Assembly (NCBI RefSeq): GCF_006345805.1
Contig: NC_042998.1
Span: forward strand, 116,808,001 to 116,872,000
DNA: 64,000 nt
Direction of reading: 5' to 3'
DNA from: Octopus sinensis
Lineage: Eukaryota
Under the pieces are notes generated by a model. The model saw only the letters and a program-made list of their open reading frames with translations, was not told the origin of the DNA and searched no databases. The position numbers and the translations under genes were made by a program. Below, in pieces: positions 1 to 13,318 of this stretch (position 1 is its first letter; each line of letters starts with the position of its first letter).

Positions 1-82
1 TGGTCACGTGATCGAAGTTTGAGCCTGATCACGCCACTTTTCTTTCTAGTTTTACAGTGTAAGCTCAGCCGCTCCTCTAGCA

Positions 83-350
83 ATGTGCACCAAAGTGGAG
101 CAAAGTGCAGTGATACGATTTCTCTGGTCGGAAGGTGTGTCAAGTGCTGAAATATATCGGTGTCTTATAACATAATACCGTGCCAATGCACTAGCGCTTA
201 GATGTATGTATGAGTGGATCGAGAAGTTTAAAAGTGGTCGGAGAAGCGTGACGCACGAAGAGGGAGCAGGACACTCGTCAGTCTCCACCACTGATGAGAA
301 GATCAGCAAACTCGAGGTGTGGTAATAGTGAAACAGCTCATCATTACCAT
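83..350 (+). pseudogene. Mariner transposase N-terminal (HTH) remnant
   Basis: Manual translation from ATG 83: MCTKVEQSAVIRFLWSEGVSSAEIYRCLIT*YRANALALRCMYEWIEKFKSGRRSVTHEEGAGHSSVSTTDEKI. This matches the mariner N-terminal pattern EQRxVIRFL..YEW..FKxGR.S. One internal stop; truncated. Confidence 0.8.
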
Positions 351-830
351 CTCGTGGCTAACTGCTCTTTGTAGTTCTTTGGTGCACATTGCTAGTGGAG
401 TGACCATGCTTACACAGTAAAGCCAGAAAGAATAATGGCGAAATCAGGGTCAAACCGATCATCTGACCACAATAGTACCAGCTATAAGCACGCATGCCTA
501 GAAGGCAGTGTGACATTAATACAGAAATGGTATGGCGAAAGTGTGGATAATTTTTGACTTCCCCTCGTAAATCTGAAATGATTATTGATAATCCTATACT
601 ACGAATGACACAGTATTTCACGTGTACTAAATATATTGTATATTTGCACACAATTCATTAATCACACGTGGTAAAATAAGCACAAGTATACATTACATAA
701 GAATTCTGTAATTCAAATTAATTTACCACTTCTTCTATGGAGTAAGACACAAAGTAGTGGTGTTTGGGCATGCGAATATGTATGCATGTGTGAACGAGTG
801 TGTTGTGATTGTTGTATGTGTTTTTGTGTA

Positions 831-862
<32 letters not shown>

Positions 863-1829
863 CGTTCATTTGTGTGCGCAAAGAGGATTAGCGAATGATA
901 ATTGTGTATTTCATCTATGTGGAATGTGGTGAGCTAATTTTACTTGAAACGGATATAAACCCTCATTTGAAACAAGTAAAAATTTCTATTAAAATATTTA
1001 TGGCTTTTCTCGAATAATTGTTGTTTCCATATAGTTTCTTATTAGAAATATTAATTTTCTTTACATTATGTTATTGATAATCCTTGCTTAGTCTGTCAGC
1101 GGAGCTCCATAATGGTCGTAAAAATCTTTTGATAAATGTTGAATGGATGTTTGTATGATATCTCAGAGGAAATTGAAATCATTTCTGTCACTTTTTGTTT
1201 TCTCTTTCATGGGAGCATTCTTTGAAACCTAAGCAGCTTCGGGGTGATAAGTAAATAATGAATTATGAGTAGTAAGCAATTGTCCGGCGAAAACGATTTA
1301 TATTCATATATTTGTATGATTTTGACAATTTATAGTCCAATATTTCGACTGGAAAACATTGTCTGCATGATATTTATAGTTGAGCGCTTAAATTAAATAT
1401 TGTGAAATATTTCTTCAGTTTTGTAGCTAGATTCCAAACTGGTGTGATTCAAGTTCATGGTTTATTAATCTGATTATTAATTCTAGTATCTGAAATGACA
1501 TTTGTCGTTTGGATTTTGCTGCTATTTAACCACAATCGTATTTCCACTCGTGGTCACCCTAATATTTTTCAGAAAATATTAAACTGAGTAACTACTTTGT
1601 TAAAGACTAGAGTCATATTTGTGGCTAATCGGTTGATCTTTAAAGCGGGCCAGAAAACAATATATGAACCCATATTAAAAATAAAGTATTTCTCTCATCT
1701 AATGGAAGATGTAAGCCAGAACAAAATAGAGAACACACAATAAAATAAATAAAGATTACAGATTCACCTCCCCTTTACTGCAAAATGAATGAGTGAAAAA
1801 TTATCTCCCCAGCAATATTTTTTCTCCTC

Positions 1830-1902
1830 ACAATTTATCTCTTTCAAATCTCTAACAATTTATCTCTTTCAACTCTCTAACAATTTATCTCTTTCAACTC
1901 TC
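1830..1902. repeat. 25-bp minisatellite, about 3 copies
   Basis: ACAATTTATCTCTTTCAA(A/C)TCTCTA repeated in tandem. Confidence 0.9.
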
Positions 1903-2931
1903 AGATTGATGAACAATGCAAAACTGGTCCTTACGTCAATTATGTTGAAAGAACAAAACATTATTTTGCACAAAATTGCATATCTTTATTATCATGGCTC
2001 TAAGATACTCTTAAATCCTGTAAAACAAATCTGTGATTTTTCATATCTCTCTCTCTCTCTCTCTCTCTCTCTAGAGAATAATACAAATATATAAATAAAA
2101 CAGCTTGGACCTGATATACAGTATGTATATACATGTATACATGTAAATATGGAAGAACCAGACAATGAATATTCAAGTATAAATATATAGATATTGACTA
2201 TGTCAATATAGTAAGCTTACAGAGGTCAGGGACACAAAAAATGAAAGGGTACAAGGCATGTTGTTACAAGGCATGTTGTAACAAGACACCATTTTCTGGG
2301 GTCCCGGAGTTACTTCATAATGTTGGCAGATGTAACTCACGAGAATATGCAACTATTAATGGAAACAAATAGATTTTTGATAAATCCGACTTCCATATTC
2401 AGGGTGGCGAGATAAAGACCTAACTACTCTAAAGAGATAAAACTGTCTGCACCTTGAAGACGGAGGCCGCATTTATCCAACGTATATTTGCTTTCGTTCC
2501 TGGATGCATATCCTGGTGAACTACATCTGCCACCATCATTAAGTAACTCCGAGGCCCCAAAAGCAGCTGTCGGAGATGTAACAACATACCTTCTCCGCTC
2601 TCTTTTTCTATGCCTTGTGCTCTGTGTAAGTTTCCTTTATTAATATATAAATATTTATGTATTATTCTTGAATATTCCTTGTCTGAAAATTTTCAATCTT
2701 TCTTATCTCTATATTTGCATGTATATATGTATATATTTTGTGTTTATTAAACCTAAGCAATCTTAATTGTCTGTATGCATCATGGTCTCCATATCGGATG
2801 ACCTGAATTCATCTTTTAGCAACGTTTTGCCTCGCAGACTTGGTCATTGTTAAATGTTTCGTGTTGAAAGCTTAAATCATTTGAGCGCTACTGAGTTCTT
2901 TCTATACTGAAAATCTCTGGATCTCATCTTG

Positions 2932-3153
<222 letters not shown>

Positions 3154-3162
3154 ACAAAGACA

Positions 3163-3647
3163 TTTCTAGCGAGTCAGATATCCTATTCTTCGGGTATCTC
3201 TTTTATGTTTGAACGTACACTATTATTCTCTGAATAATATAATATATAGTTTTTTTCTGATTTTTTCTCGCTAGACCACTGGCAACTAAGTATTTTTCGA
3301 TAAGTATTCTTGTTACCCTAAGTTTTTAATTAATGATAAAATGTTTTTGGGCTAATTCTGGAAGAAAATCGGCAACTTATTTATTTAGTGCTGGTTGAGT
3401 TTCCGCTTCTGCGCGGTAAATTCGAAAACTTAGAACCAATAGACACATGGCTCCGGATATAGACTGAGATTATTTTATTTCAATATGTATTTAAGTCTGC
3501 AGAAACATTGCAGGGTCTAGGATTAAGGTAAACGTTTTTATTTTTCAATCACTTTCGGCATTACAACAATTAGTGGCTTGGAGTTTTTAACTGCTCTTTC
3601 TAGCGAGTCAGATATCCTATTCTTCAGGTATCTCTTTTATGTTTGAA
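3163..3647 (+). mobile_element. (TA)n-flanked element with 51-bp terminal direct repeat (Penelope pLTR-like)
   Basis: 3163-3213 and 3597-3647 are identical except for 1 nt. It contains the GCTAGACCACTGG motif shared with other TA-flanked elements in the window. Family assignment is inference. Confidence 0.5.
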
Positions 3648-3649
3648 TC

Positions 3650-3981
3650 ATATATATATATATATATAATATATATATATATATATACATTTATATATAT
3701 ATAAATACATATATATATACATACATATATATACATATACATATATATACACATATATATATATATATATATATACATATATATATACATATATATATAT
3801 ACATATATATATACATACATATATACATATATACATATATATACATACATATATGCATATATATACATATATATATATATATATACATACACACACACAC
3901 ACATATATATATAGATACACACCACACATATATATATATATATATAGATAGATAGATAGATACATAGATACATAGATAGAT
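3650..3981. repeat. (TA)n/(TACA)n/(CA)n/(GATA)n microsatellite
   Basis: Seen directly. Confidence 0.95.
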
Positions 3982-4271
3982 CTAGGTATCTATAATCGGC
4001 TGTGGAATACATGCAGTGAATGCACTCCGGAGTGAATATGAATACCCGTTGTGTATTCTGTCAGTAATTCTGAATGTGTGCATAGCTGGAATTACGAATT
4101 CGTACTATATTAGTAAGTGCATGTATGTCAGTACACAGTGTTAGTGCACTTGAGCATTTCCCTGACTTTGCCTTGGTGCGTTTATTATTCAAATATCCTG
4201 TTCTTTCGGTAGAGAACGAGGTATCCAAATAGGTATACGTCCATCTATATGCATATACATATAACATATAA

Positions 4272-4450
4272 GCTTTATTCTTCTATTTGTTTCAGTTATG
4301 AGACGTAGGAAATGCTGGATTACTTCACCGCAGAATTGCAGTCGAATGAATAGACCCAAGTAATTATTTTCATTTTTTTAAAGACTAGTACCTAATCTAT
4401 CTGTGATTTTGTCTAAACGAAAAGATACAGGGAGGCAAACACCCACCAAT
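4272..4450 (-). mobile_element. SINE family B, degenerate 3' half
   Basis: Reverse complement resembles 47560-47735. Confidence 0.55.
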
Positions 4451-4484
4451 ATTCGTTTCCGACAATATGAATTTACGACAACAT

Positions 4485-4605
4485 AACTTAGCGGTTCGTC
4501 AAAAGGGTTCAATAGAATAAGTACTGTGGTCGAATTGTTCGATTAAGGCGCTGCTCTAACATGGCAGCAGTCAAATAACTGAAAAAGGAAAAGAATAAAA
4601 GAATA
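4485..4605 (+). mobile_element. SINE family B, 3' half
   Basis: ACTTAGCGGTTCGTCAAAAG..GAATAAGTACT..GGCGCTGCTCTAACATGGCAGCAGTCAAATAACTGAAA aligns with 47593-47735. Confidence 0.8.
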
Positions 4606-4691
4606 TATACGTATGTGTATAAATATATATATGCACACACACACAAATATACATACATATATTTAGGCTTAGTTGGGTGCAGACTTTACTA

Positions 4692-4837
4692 TACGGTAAG
4701 AAGTTTATATTCCAAGCACATGGTTTCGGATTCAGTCCCACTCCGTGTCACCTGGGGCAGGTGTCTTCTAATATAGCCTCAGGACAACCAGAGCCATGCG
4801 AGTGATTTGGGTTGAGGATACTGAAAGAAACCTACGT
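4692..4837 (+). mobile_element. SINE family B, 5' half with tRNA-like head
   Basis: GGATTCAGTCCCAC..CACCTGGGGCAGGTGTCTTCTAATATAGCCTC aligns with 47330-47475. Confidence 0.8.
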
Positions 4838-4991
4838 TATGTATGTATGTATATGCTATATATATATATGGTGAGAGAGTGGTTGTATACTGTCAACATA
4901 ACGTGACAGTCCCGTAAAGGGAATTACACCACCACTATTTAGCCCTAGGAAGCATCGACGCTTCCTGTCGGCTTTGACACATTTCCTGTGT

Positions 4992-5038
<47 letters not shown>

Positions 5039-5159
5039 ATATACATAACATATGGCCGCTGACCCAGGTTTATTCCAATATTAGCCATGAAACCATATTC
5101 AGTCTACTGAGATGATTCGAAAACACAACACCTAATAACCTAATGTTATATTTTTTTAA

Positions 5160-5243
5160 CTCCTCTGATGAAATTTTGCCTAATATAATGATTTAATATT
5201 TGCTATTTCAGACTTTAGGCTTAACTGAAACCGGTGTAAGAGA
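5160..5243 (+). ncRNA. Hammerhead-ribozyme-like motif (Penelope type, degenerate)
   Basis: CTGATGA 5165-5171; stem II GCCTA/TAGGC around a long loop; GAAA 5227-5230; palindromic ACCGGT; GTA; imperfect stem I. Confidence 0.5.
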
Positions 5244-5294
5244 ATATGTTGGATTTTTGTAGTAAATTTTTATTAAATGATATATCTAATTTTG

Positions 5295-5392
5295 CGTGTG
5301 TGTGTGTGTGTGCGTGTGCGTGTGCGTGTGTGTGTGTGTGCGTGTGCGTGTGCGTGTGTGTGTGTGTGCGTGTGCGTGTGCGTGTGTGTGTG
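5295..5392. repeat. (GT)n/(GTGCGT)n microsatellite
   Basis: Seen directly. Confidence 0.95.
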
Positions 5393-7442
5393 TCATTTAT
5401 ATATTTCCAGAATATATACTTCACATTCTGTGGCACGTTGTAGTATAATTGAGAGGCAATATCGCCATAAGCACATGTTAGGATTGATCTTATCATGGTT
5501 ACTTCTTATCGCACTATTAAACTGCCCATTGTGGATTTAAGCATTTCGGAGCGTGGTATAAAGCATTGTCATAATTGTGTGTCTCTACTTAGAGTAATAA
5601 CTTGAATTCCATAGATATTAGATATTTTAGTAGATACTTTTGTGTATATTGCCCTCTTATTGTATTTTAATGCAGTTATATATATATACTTTACCCCATT
5701 AATTTCATTGAAATTCTTTGAATAGGTAATTTTACCATTCAAATATAAAGATCAATACAGGTATTTTTTTAGACCATATACATCCATTAAATATTTTAAT
5801 TATATAATACTCTAATAATATTCTTGAAGACGCCTATGTCGGTGAGAATATGTAGTACTGAACTTACAGATGCTTCTTCGTAACTCTATTTATTATCAAT
5901 TGATATCTGAATTGAGGAGGTTTGTACATTTCACTGAGAGTGCTTGTCTTTTAATAATTCTATAATAAAAAGTAATTTTGTATTTGCTGCATGTGCTGAT
6001 TGTATGTTCGTGGTGAGGTGGGTTACGCGAGTTACTGCAATTGATCAGTAATGTTCATTTGAGATTGCCAGAAACCTGGCCAGAAACAAATTCAAATACG
6101 AAGTCAATAATCTAAAGATAGACAGAGCATTCTAATTTCTATCTTTTACACTATATAAACTCTCTGCAAATGAAATAGATGTCTTATTCGTTCACCGCAT
6201 TGCTACCATATCATTGAAATGATATGACATAACATGCCAATAAAACATAATTTTTTTTGTTTTTTGTGTATAATAGAAATGTTCTTATAAAATGAAAAGT
6301 AGTAGCTTTTCTATAAATCAGAAAACCCTAAGGAATGAAGCAATAGAAAGAAATGAAAAATAATATATATCAAAGCAGTATGGAATGAAACTCAAGAGAT
6401 TACACACAGATTTGTTTCGGCTTCAGTGAGTAAAGATCTATATAAACATACCTATCACAAAATATCGATTCCTGATTTATACATATCGCACAAAAAGGAG
6501 TGGGGTTGAAGAGAAAACAACAATACTGGAACCATTCTTCTTATTCCTTGCCATTATCCAACATAAACAAGTTCTTTCATTCTTTTTTTATATATTTTTT
6601 AAAAGAAAATCCATTATCGACAAGGTTTTATTTTTTTTTGAAACCTGACAATTTTACATTTACTTGAAGTATAGTCAACATACACAGTAAGACAATGTGA
6701 ACTGAAGTACTTTGGTTGTCGATAAACGAAAAAGAAAAGCGAAACAGCAACTGCAACAAAGCTAACGCTGAAATCATAAAAGAAAATATGAAAATAACAA
6801 CAAAGGTATAGTGACACTCTATTGATGTTTAGGAAGGACAGCGAACAACATCCATTAGGTTGAGAAATAGCACTACGTGAGTACACAGCGTTAACAACTC
6901 TCCTTTCAGGTACTATAAACACAACAGCATTTAACATGACTCTATGAACAGTGAAGACAATAACACAATGCTTGATTGTTGTTACCGTTGTTGTTACTTT
7001 GCCTGTCATCTATTAGGATTGATCAGAACAATGATCAAAGGCATTCAAAATATGTCCAGCAAGAGATTTTGTTTTCCAACATAGCGTGACTTGGTCTATA
7101 TTAACTAGTGTGCCCCTTTAAAAGACACTGCAGTTACAATCAAAAGGTAGTTGACAATAAGCCTATATGGGATCGATCAATTTGCTAGATATAGTCGACA
7201 GATCCCATCAAAGTACACCAAAGATTCTTTTAAAATCGATACTGCATATATATACAAGAAAGTGGTGATAATAATTGCTGTCATACCTATCATCATTTGT
7301 CTTCACGACCAAGCTTAGGATGACGACTAAAATACATCAACAAGAACGGCTGGCATGTGAAATCCTAAATCATTACATTGCTAGAGTGGTACTTATAAAC
7401 AATTGCCTTATAGGAGTTAATTTCCGTTTAATTTTACCTCTG

Positions 7443-8886
7443 CACAGTTATCTCAAAAAATTATTGCAGGTAAACTTTCAACTTCCCCTGAAACGAGACA
7501 CCTAAATGTAGCTGCGTTGAATTTTGTGGGTTGGAGTCGCAAACAATTGTCATGGCAACCCAAATGCAGGTGCATCTAGAAGAGGTTATGGGTATAAAAC
7601 CCAACTTGAACCGCGTTCCTGGAATTTGTAATTTGGACGCATCAGGCAAACCCGATTGTCAGCAGTGAGAACCAGCTATCGGCCTATTGCAAGGAGGGCA
7701 ACGTGTCCTGGTTGTTGCGAAAGTTTACAATGTCTATATCAGCACCATTTATAGCTTGCAACAGCGTTCTAACCAAACCAACAGCATTGCAGACAGTGCC
7801 CGGAGAGGGTGCCCCCGGGTTACCAAGCCAAGGCAGGACCGCTTCATGCATCTGCAATACCTCCGTGATCGCCTCAGACTATCCAGCGTGACTTCTCAGG
7901 AGACCATTGACACTGGTCAGCGACCCATCAACGACGACAAGGTACGATGTCGACTAGCCGCCAACAACATGCATTGCTGTCATTCTGCTCGAGGGACTCT
8001 CCTCACCGCTTGCCACCGTCAGGCACGACTACAGTGGGATACACAGCACCGACATTGACGGCATCAACAATGGAAGTCGGCCTCGGATAGCAGAGTGAGG
8101 GTGTGGTGTAAGAGGGGGAACGCTATTGAGACGCAGGTCTCACAGAGAGATATGCGTGGGATGACCACAGCATCATGGTTTGGGTTGCTATAGACCTTAA
8201 TCAGAGAAATAGGCCCTGTGTTTTCCAAAATGTTGCTACAGGCAGAGGGAATAGCATCACAGCGCAGCGCTACGATGACAAGATCCTAAGACCTCACATC
8301 GTTCCCTTCGCGCGTCATCATAGCCACCTGTTCCAGCAGGACAATACTCCCTTCCCCATGAGCAGGGTCACCATGGACTTCCTGTGTCAGCACAACATCA
8401 GAAGAATATTGTGGCCGACTCTCAGTCCGGATTTCAACCCAATTGAACACCTGTGGTATGAAATCCAGAAGTGGCTGAACCAGATGGTCCCAAGCTCGAC
8501 ATCTCGTGTGGAACTGGAGACAGTTTTCCTCAGAATGTGAACACAGGTGCCGATAGCTTTTGTGAACCTTCTCATGCACTCCATGTACCGACGGTTTATG
8601 GCCGTTTTGAATACCCAGGGAGGGCATACACGGTATTGAACTTGTTGCGCCCTACAATCTCGATGTTCTGGATCCAAAAAATTGACTTTATGAGATTTAT
8701 CAATATTTATCTTTGATATAATGAAATTGAAACATATTTCACAATCACACACGTCTCGCCACTTGCGTCTTAGTGTATATCTGCAACATAGGTCTACATC
8801 GTTAATTCAATATATAAATAAAATGCAACATAATTCACGACTTCAGAAAAACAGAACCGCTTCAATTATTATATCAGGGACTCATA
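7443..8886 (+). mobile_element. Tc1-family DNA transposon (DD34E), pseudogenised; transposase about 7660-8639
   Basis: N-terminal AIGLLQGG..VAKVYNV..STI..L..R..RGCPRVT..RQDR; MVWVAI; FQQDN; SPDFNPIEHLW with exactly 34 aa between D and E; ends GGHTRY* at 8639. Stops and frameshifts present. TIRs are only weakly recognisable, so element ends are approximate. Confidence 0.9.
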
Positions 8887-9335
8887 CTTCATTATTATTA
8901 TTGACACCCCCCCCCCTCACACACTACAACTCAATTCATCAATATCGAGTGAGATGAACCAGTAGCAGCGTGGAACAAAAGACGATTCAGTGCAATTGGC
9001 AAGCGCAAAGTAATATTACTTCTTTCATCCAAAATACGGAAGTAAGGTTTAAGAAAGAAATACACACTCTAAGACAGGAATCATCACAGAATAATGTAGA
9101 AACTTCACGTGTGCCCAATGCAAGAGGGAAATACAATAATCTTCATCTGGATCGTGGAGGAAGTTCATAAATGGAAGGTAAAGTTTAATTTTTTTATATT
9201 GATATTTTATAGTAAATTTTCTGAGTTCTGTCACAAACAACTTACTAAGCCCAGTGTTTAACCCCTCCTGTAACTCTCTTTATCTCATCCAGACCTTGTC
9301 ACTAATACAAGATTACTTTTATTCTTATTATCCTA

Positions 9336-9390
9336 ATGATTGTAGCGATAATGATGATGATAATGATGATGATGATGATGATGATAACGA
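9336..9390. repeat. (GAT)n microsatellite
   Basis: Seen directly. Confidence 0.9.
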
Positions 9391-9608
9391 TGGTCTACAA
9401 ACAACTGATAACACCAGATGTTCACTCATCATTTTCTGAATACTTAGAACCCACGATGAATGATAAAAGGGGTTACAGACTGAATCAAGATCTGTTCTTA
9501 ATAGTCACAGAAAGCTTTAAAAAAAAACAAAACCAAAAAAAATTACAGAGGTCAAAGAGAGCACTTCCCACCACAACTGAAGTATACAGACCCTCAAATA
9601 TACGAATT

Positions 9609-9885
9609 GATAATAATAATAATAATTATTATTATTATTATTATTATTATAATGATAATAATAATAATACTAAGAAGAAGAAGAAGAAGAAGAAAAAAGA
9701 AGAAAAGAAGAAGCAAAAGAAGAAGAAAAGAAGAAGAAGAAGAAGAAGAAGAAGAAAAGAAGAAGAAAAGAAGAAGCAAAAGAAGAAGAAAAGAAGAAGA
9801 GGAAGAGAAGAAGAAGAAGAAGAAGAAGAAGAAGAAGAAGAAGAAGAAGAAGAAGAAGAGAAGAAGAAGAAGAAGAAAAAGAAGA
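9609..9885. repeat. (AAT)n/(ATT)n followed by (AAG)n microsatellite
   Basis: Seen directly. Confidence 0.95.
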
Positions 9886-10223
9886 CTACATGTGGCATCT
9901 CAACGCGACTACAGTACCAGTGATTGTAGGATCTATAGGAATCATTAAAAAAAGGTACTGAAACCTATTTGAAAATGATACCAAGCTTACCATCCCTACA
10001 GGAAGTTCCAAAAATTGTATTAACTCGAACTGCTCATGCACTGAGAAGAGCATTAACGCTGTGAATATAACCTCCATTCATGAATTTATTTATTTATTAA
10101 TTTTTAAATACATATTTTACCTGTGAATTTGTGTGTGTAATCTGGGAATGCATACAATGAGCTTCTCTGCCCTACAGAAAACACTCGGCAGAAACGGAAG
10201 AAAATTTGAAGGAAGAGGGGGAA
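9886..10223 (+). mobile_element. R4/Dong-like RLE LINE, 3' fragment
   Basis: MWHLNATTVPVIVGSIGIIKK/GTETYLKMIPSLPSLQEVPKIVLTRTAHALRRALTL* (one frameshift in an A run) is homologous to the C-terminus at 59449-59625. Followed by a 3' UTR and (AAT)n. Confidence 0.8.
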
Positions 10224-10364
10224 ATAATAATAATTATAACAAGAAGAAGAAAAAGAAAAAGAAGAAGAAGAAGAAGAGAAGAAGAAGAAGAAGAATAACA
10301 ACAACAACAACAACAACAACACCAGCAACAACAACAATAACCATGAACAGCAGCAGCAGCAACA
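10224..10364. repeat. (AAT)-(AAG)n-(AAC)n-(AGC)n compound microsatellite
   Basis: Seen directly. Confidence 0.9.
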
Positions 10365-11197
10365 AAATGTCCTTCGGGTGTGGAATCATTGATGCTGAAT
10401 AATGAAGGTAACAAGAGATGTAGTTTTACAAAGGCAAGGAAGGAAATATAAAATGAAAATATATATGCAGAAACCTCACCAAATCAACAATAATCCGCAG
10501 GAAATCAACATTAATCCCTCAACGTCAACAAATCAACCACAAAACCAAAACAGAAATGAGAAACAGAAAACAAAAATCAGTAACAGACAAACGAAAGATA
10601 CAGCTCCATCTTCCAATACCGTAGAATTACAAAGGAAGAATTACAAGATAAAGCTGCGTAAATCCATATAGCTGCAATAGTATATATCTAAACTTGATAG
10701 GGAAATATTCTTGACAGCATACAGATAGTAATGATTAATTGTAAGGTGGTGGCATAGTAACGACTATACAGGGGAGGTCTAGGGTGGGTTATAGGATTAA
10801 GCAGAAACGGTGTTGAATGTCAGGTAAAAATAATTAAAATCTATGACAAGTTCGAAAGAATGCTGTGGGTGTGTTCATAAATAATACAAGCGTAGTGCAA
10901 AATTAAAGTATTGATTGTCAATGCGTAGTTTAACACGTACCAACTATTAGTTTCATTTTTGTATATCATTCTTATAAGCCCATTATGTAACAAATATAAG
11001 ATGTCAGACTTATTCGAAGATAATATACACGCATACTTTTGCCAATATGTGGTTTGCGCGCGCGACTGTTTGTGTGTGTATGTGTATGTGTGTGTGTGAG
11101 TGTATGTGTGTGTACATGGATAAGAGAAGTATTTAGTGTGATGTGCATATGGTTATATAAATATAAATATATATATGTGTGTGTGAGGTGTGTGTGT

Positions 11198-11247
<50 letters not shown>

Positions 11248-11339
11248 TGTGTATACTCTAGCAGAAATATCCGTCATTGACTGGTTTGAGAGAAGTTGCC
11301 AAAATTGTACTAAGAATATTGAAAGTTATTCACTAGATT

Positions 11340-11425
11340 GTATTGAAGAAGGCCATAGACACACATTTACATCAATTATGCATTGTTATAAAACCGTCTA
11401 ATAAAGGCCCGAAACATATGTACCG
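11340..11425 (+). ncRNA. Hammerhead-like motif (Penelope type, degenerate)
   Basis: TTGAAGA-AGGCC ... GGCCC-GAAA-CATATG-TA; palindromic stem III ACATATGT; core C3 is T. Lies just upstream of (TA)n. Confidence 0.45.
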
Positions 11426-11450
11426 CTAATCATGTTTTTTATTTTGATTA

Positions 11451-11496
<46 letters not shown>

Positions 11497-12059
11497 ATAT
11501 ATGCAATGAATACTTTAAAGTTCGCTGTATATCATACATATCCATTGTTTAATTATACTCAACGTACATAGAGGGATTCTTAACGTAGATCCAGTGATAG
11601 TTGTGCAACTACAATGGATGATGCCAGGGTTGTGAACGCTGGGTTGCGAACATGCTTCATTGATATCCTACTGGGGACACACCCAATTAGTAAATTTTTA
11701 AATTTAAAATTTAAACTGTAAGTTTAACACACAAACACTTAAATTCAGAGATAGAAAAGTCCATGTCATATATTGAGCAATGAATTATTCAGTCTTTTTC
11801 TCTCCCTGCCTTCTCTCTCTGTATCTGTCTCTCTCTCTGTCTCTGTCTCTCTCTCTCTCTCTCTGTACATATGTGTCTGTATGAATGTGTCTGTATGTAT
11901 GTTCCTGTCTATATACAATCGCATAATTTCAACCCTATATAGTAAAGATAGTTTCTGTTACTCATCAAACACGGAAACCGGTACTTGCGGATCAGATTTT
12001 TAACCATTCTTATAAGCGTGCTCATGCATAAATGCATGTAAAAATGTGTACATGTACAG

Positions 12060-12108
<49 letters not shown>

Positions 12109-12128
12109 AACATACATACATATATAGC

Positions 12129-12160
<32 letters not shown>

Positions 12161-12189
12161 GAGAGAGAGAGAGAGAGGGAGAGTGATGC

Positions 12190-12248
<59 letters not shown>

Positions 12249-12249
12249 C

Positions 12250-12283
<34 letters not shown>

Positions 12284-12309
12284 TATATATATATATATAA
12301 CATATATAC

Positions 12310-12353
<44 letters not shown>

Positions 12354-12405
12354 ATATATATACATATATACATATATATATATATACATATATCTCTGTG
12401 TGTGT
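12060..12405. repeat. (CA)n/(TA)n/(GA)n compound microsatellite
   Basis: Seen directly. Confidence 0.95.
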
Positions 12406-13274
12406 AATTATAAATAGGCATATAATTTGGCTATCTGTGTATTTTTGTGAAGCACATTTCCTCTACGTAGAGTTACTTCAATGCGTTTTGTGCTATTGAG
12501 TTCTTCACAACAAATGTACGATTTCTTTCTATTTTGTTAATCTTTCTTACAATTAGATTCTGCCTCAGTCTTTCACACTATGATTTTCAGTCTATATTCT
12601 CTTACTTTTCCTCTGTCTTTCTCTATCACATATATGTCAGTCTTCACCTATTTGTTTCACTATAATTTCCTCAACTTAGACGTATCCACTTCTCACTATA
12701 CGCCAGAGGAGCTCAGCACTTACTTAAACTGTGATAAAGTTTGAATGAGTTTAGAAAGACAATTCAAAGTGTGAATGGATGCAGAAAGGCAGCTTTTCAT
12801 TGTTAGAAGAAAAAATCCGAGAGCGTTTCAGAATATCCTTAGAAGCACGCTGATATTCATAACACATTCATCTTGTTTTCCTCATAGTCGTCGCTATTTG
12901 TACTATTGTTATTTTATTGTTGTTCTTGTTCCAGCTGGTGATATTGTTATTGTTGTAGATGCTCTTCTTAATGCCATCGGTATTTGCTTCTTTATTTTAT
13001 TTGTTTCTCTATAATTTTTTACGTAATCCATCAAATTTAATCTGATTATGGTCTTCAGTATCAAGATTTACACGCCAGGCTTAGGTTGGTTGGCTTGTTC
13101 GTTGCAGTGAGATTTATTGATATTTATTTCTGTATAAATGTCTTTATTTATTCTTGCCAAGGTAATTATTTTATTTCTTTGCACACAGACACAAACAGGC
13201 GCGCGCACACACATATGGACACACATACGCACACATACATACGCATGTAAATCATTTACAAATATACACATATA

Positions 13275-13318
<44 letters not shown>

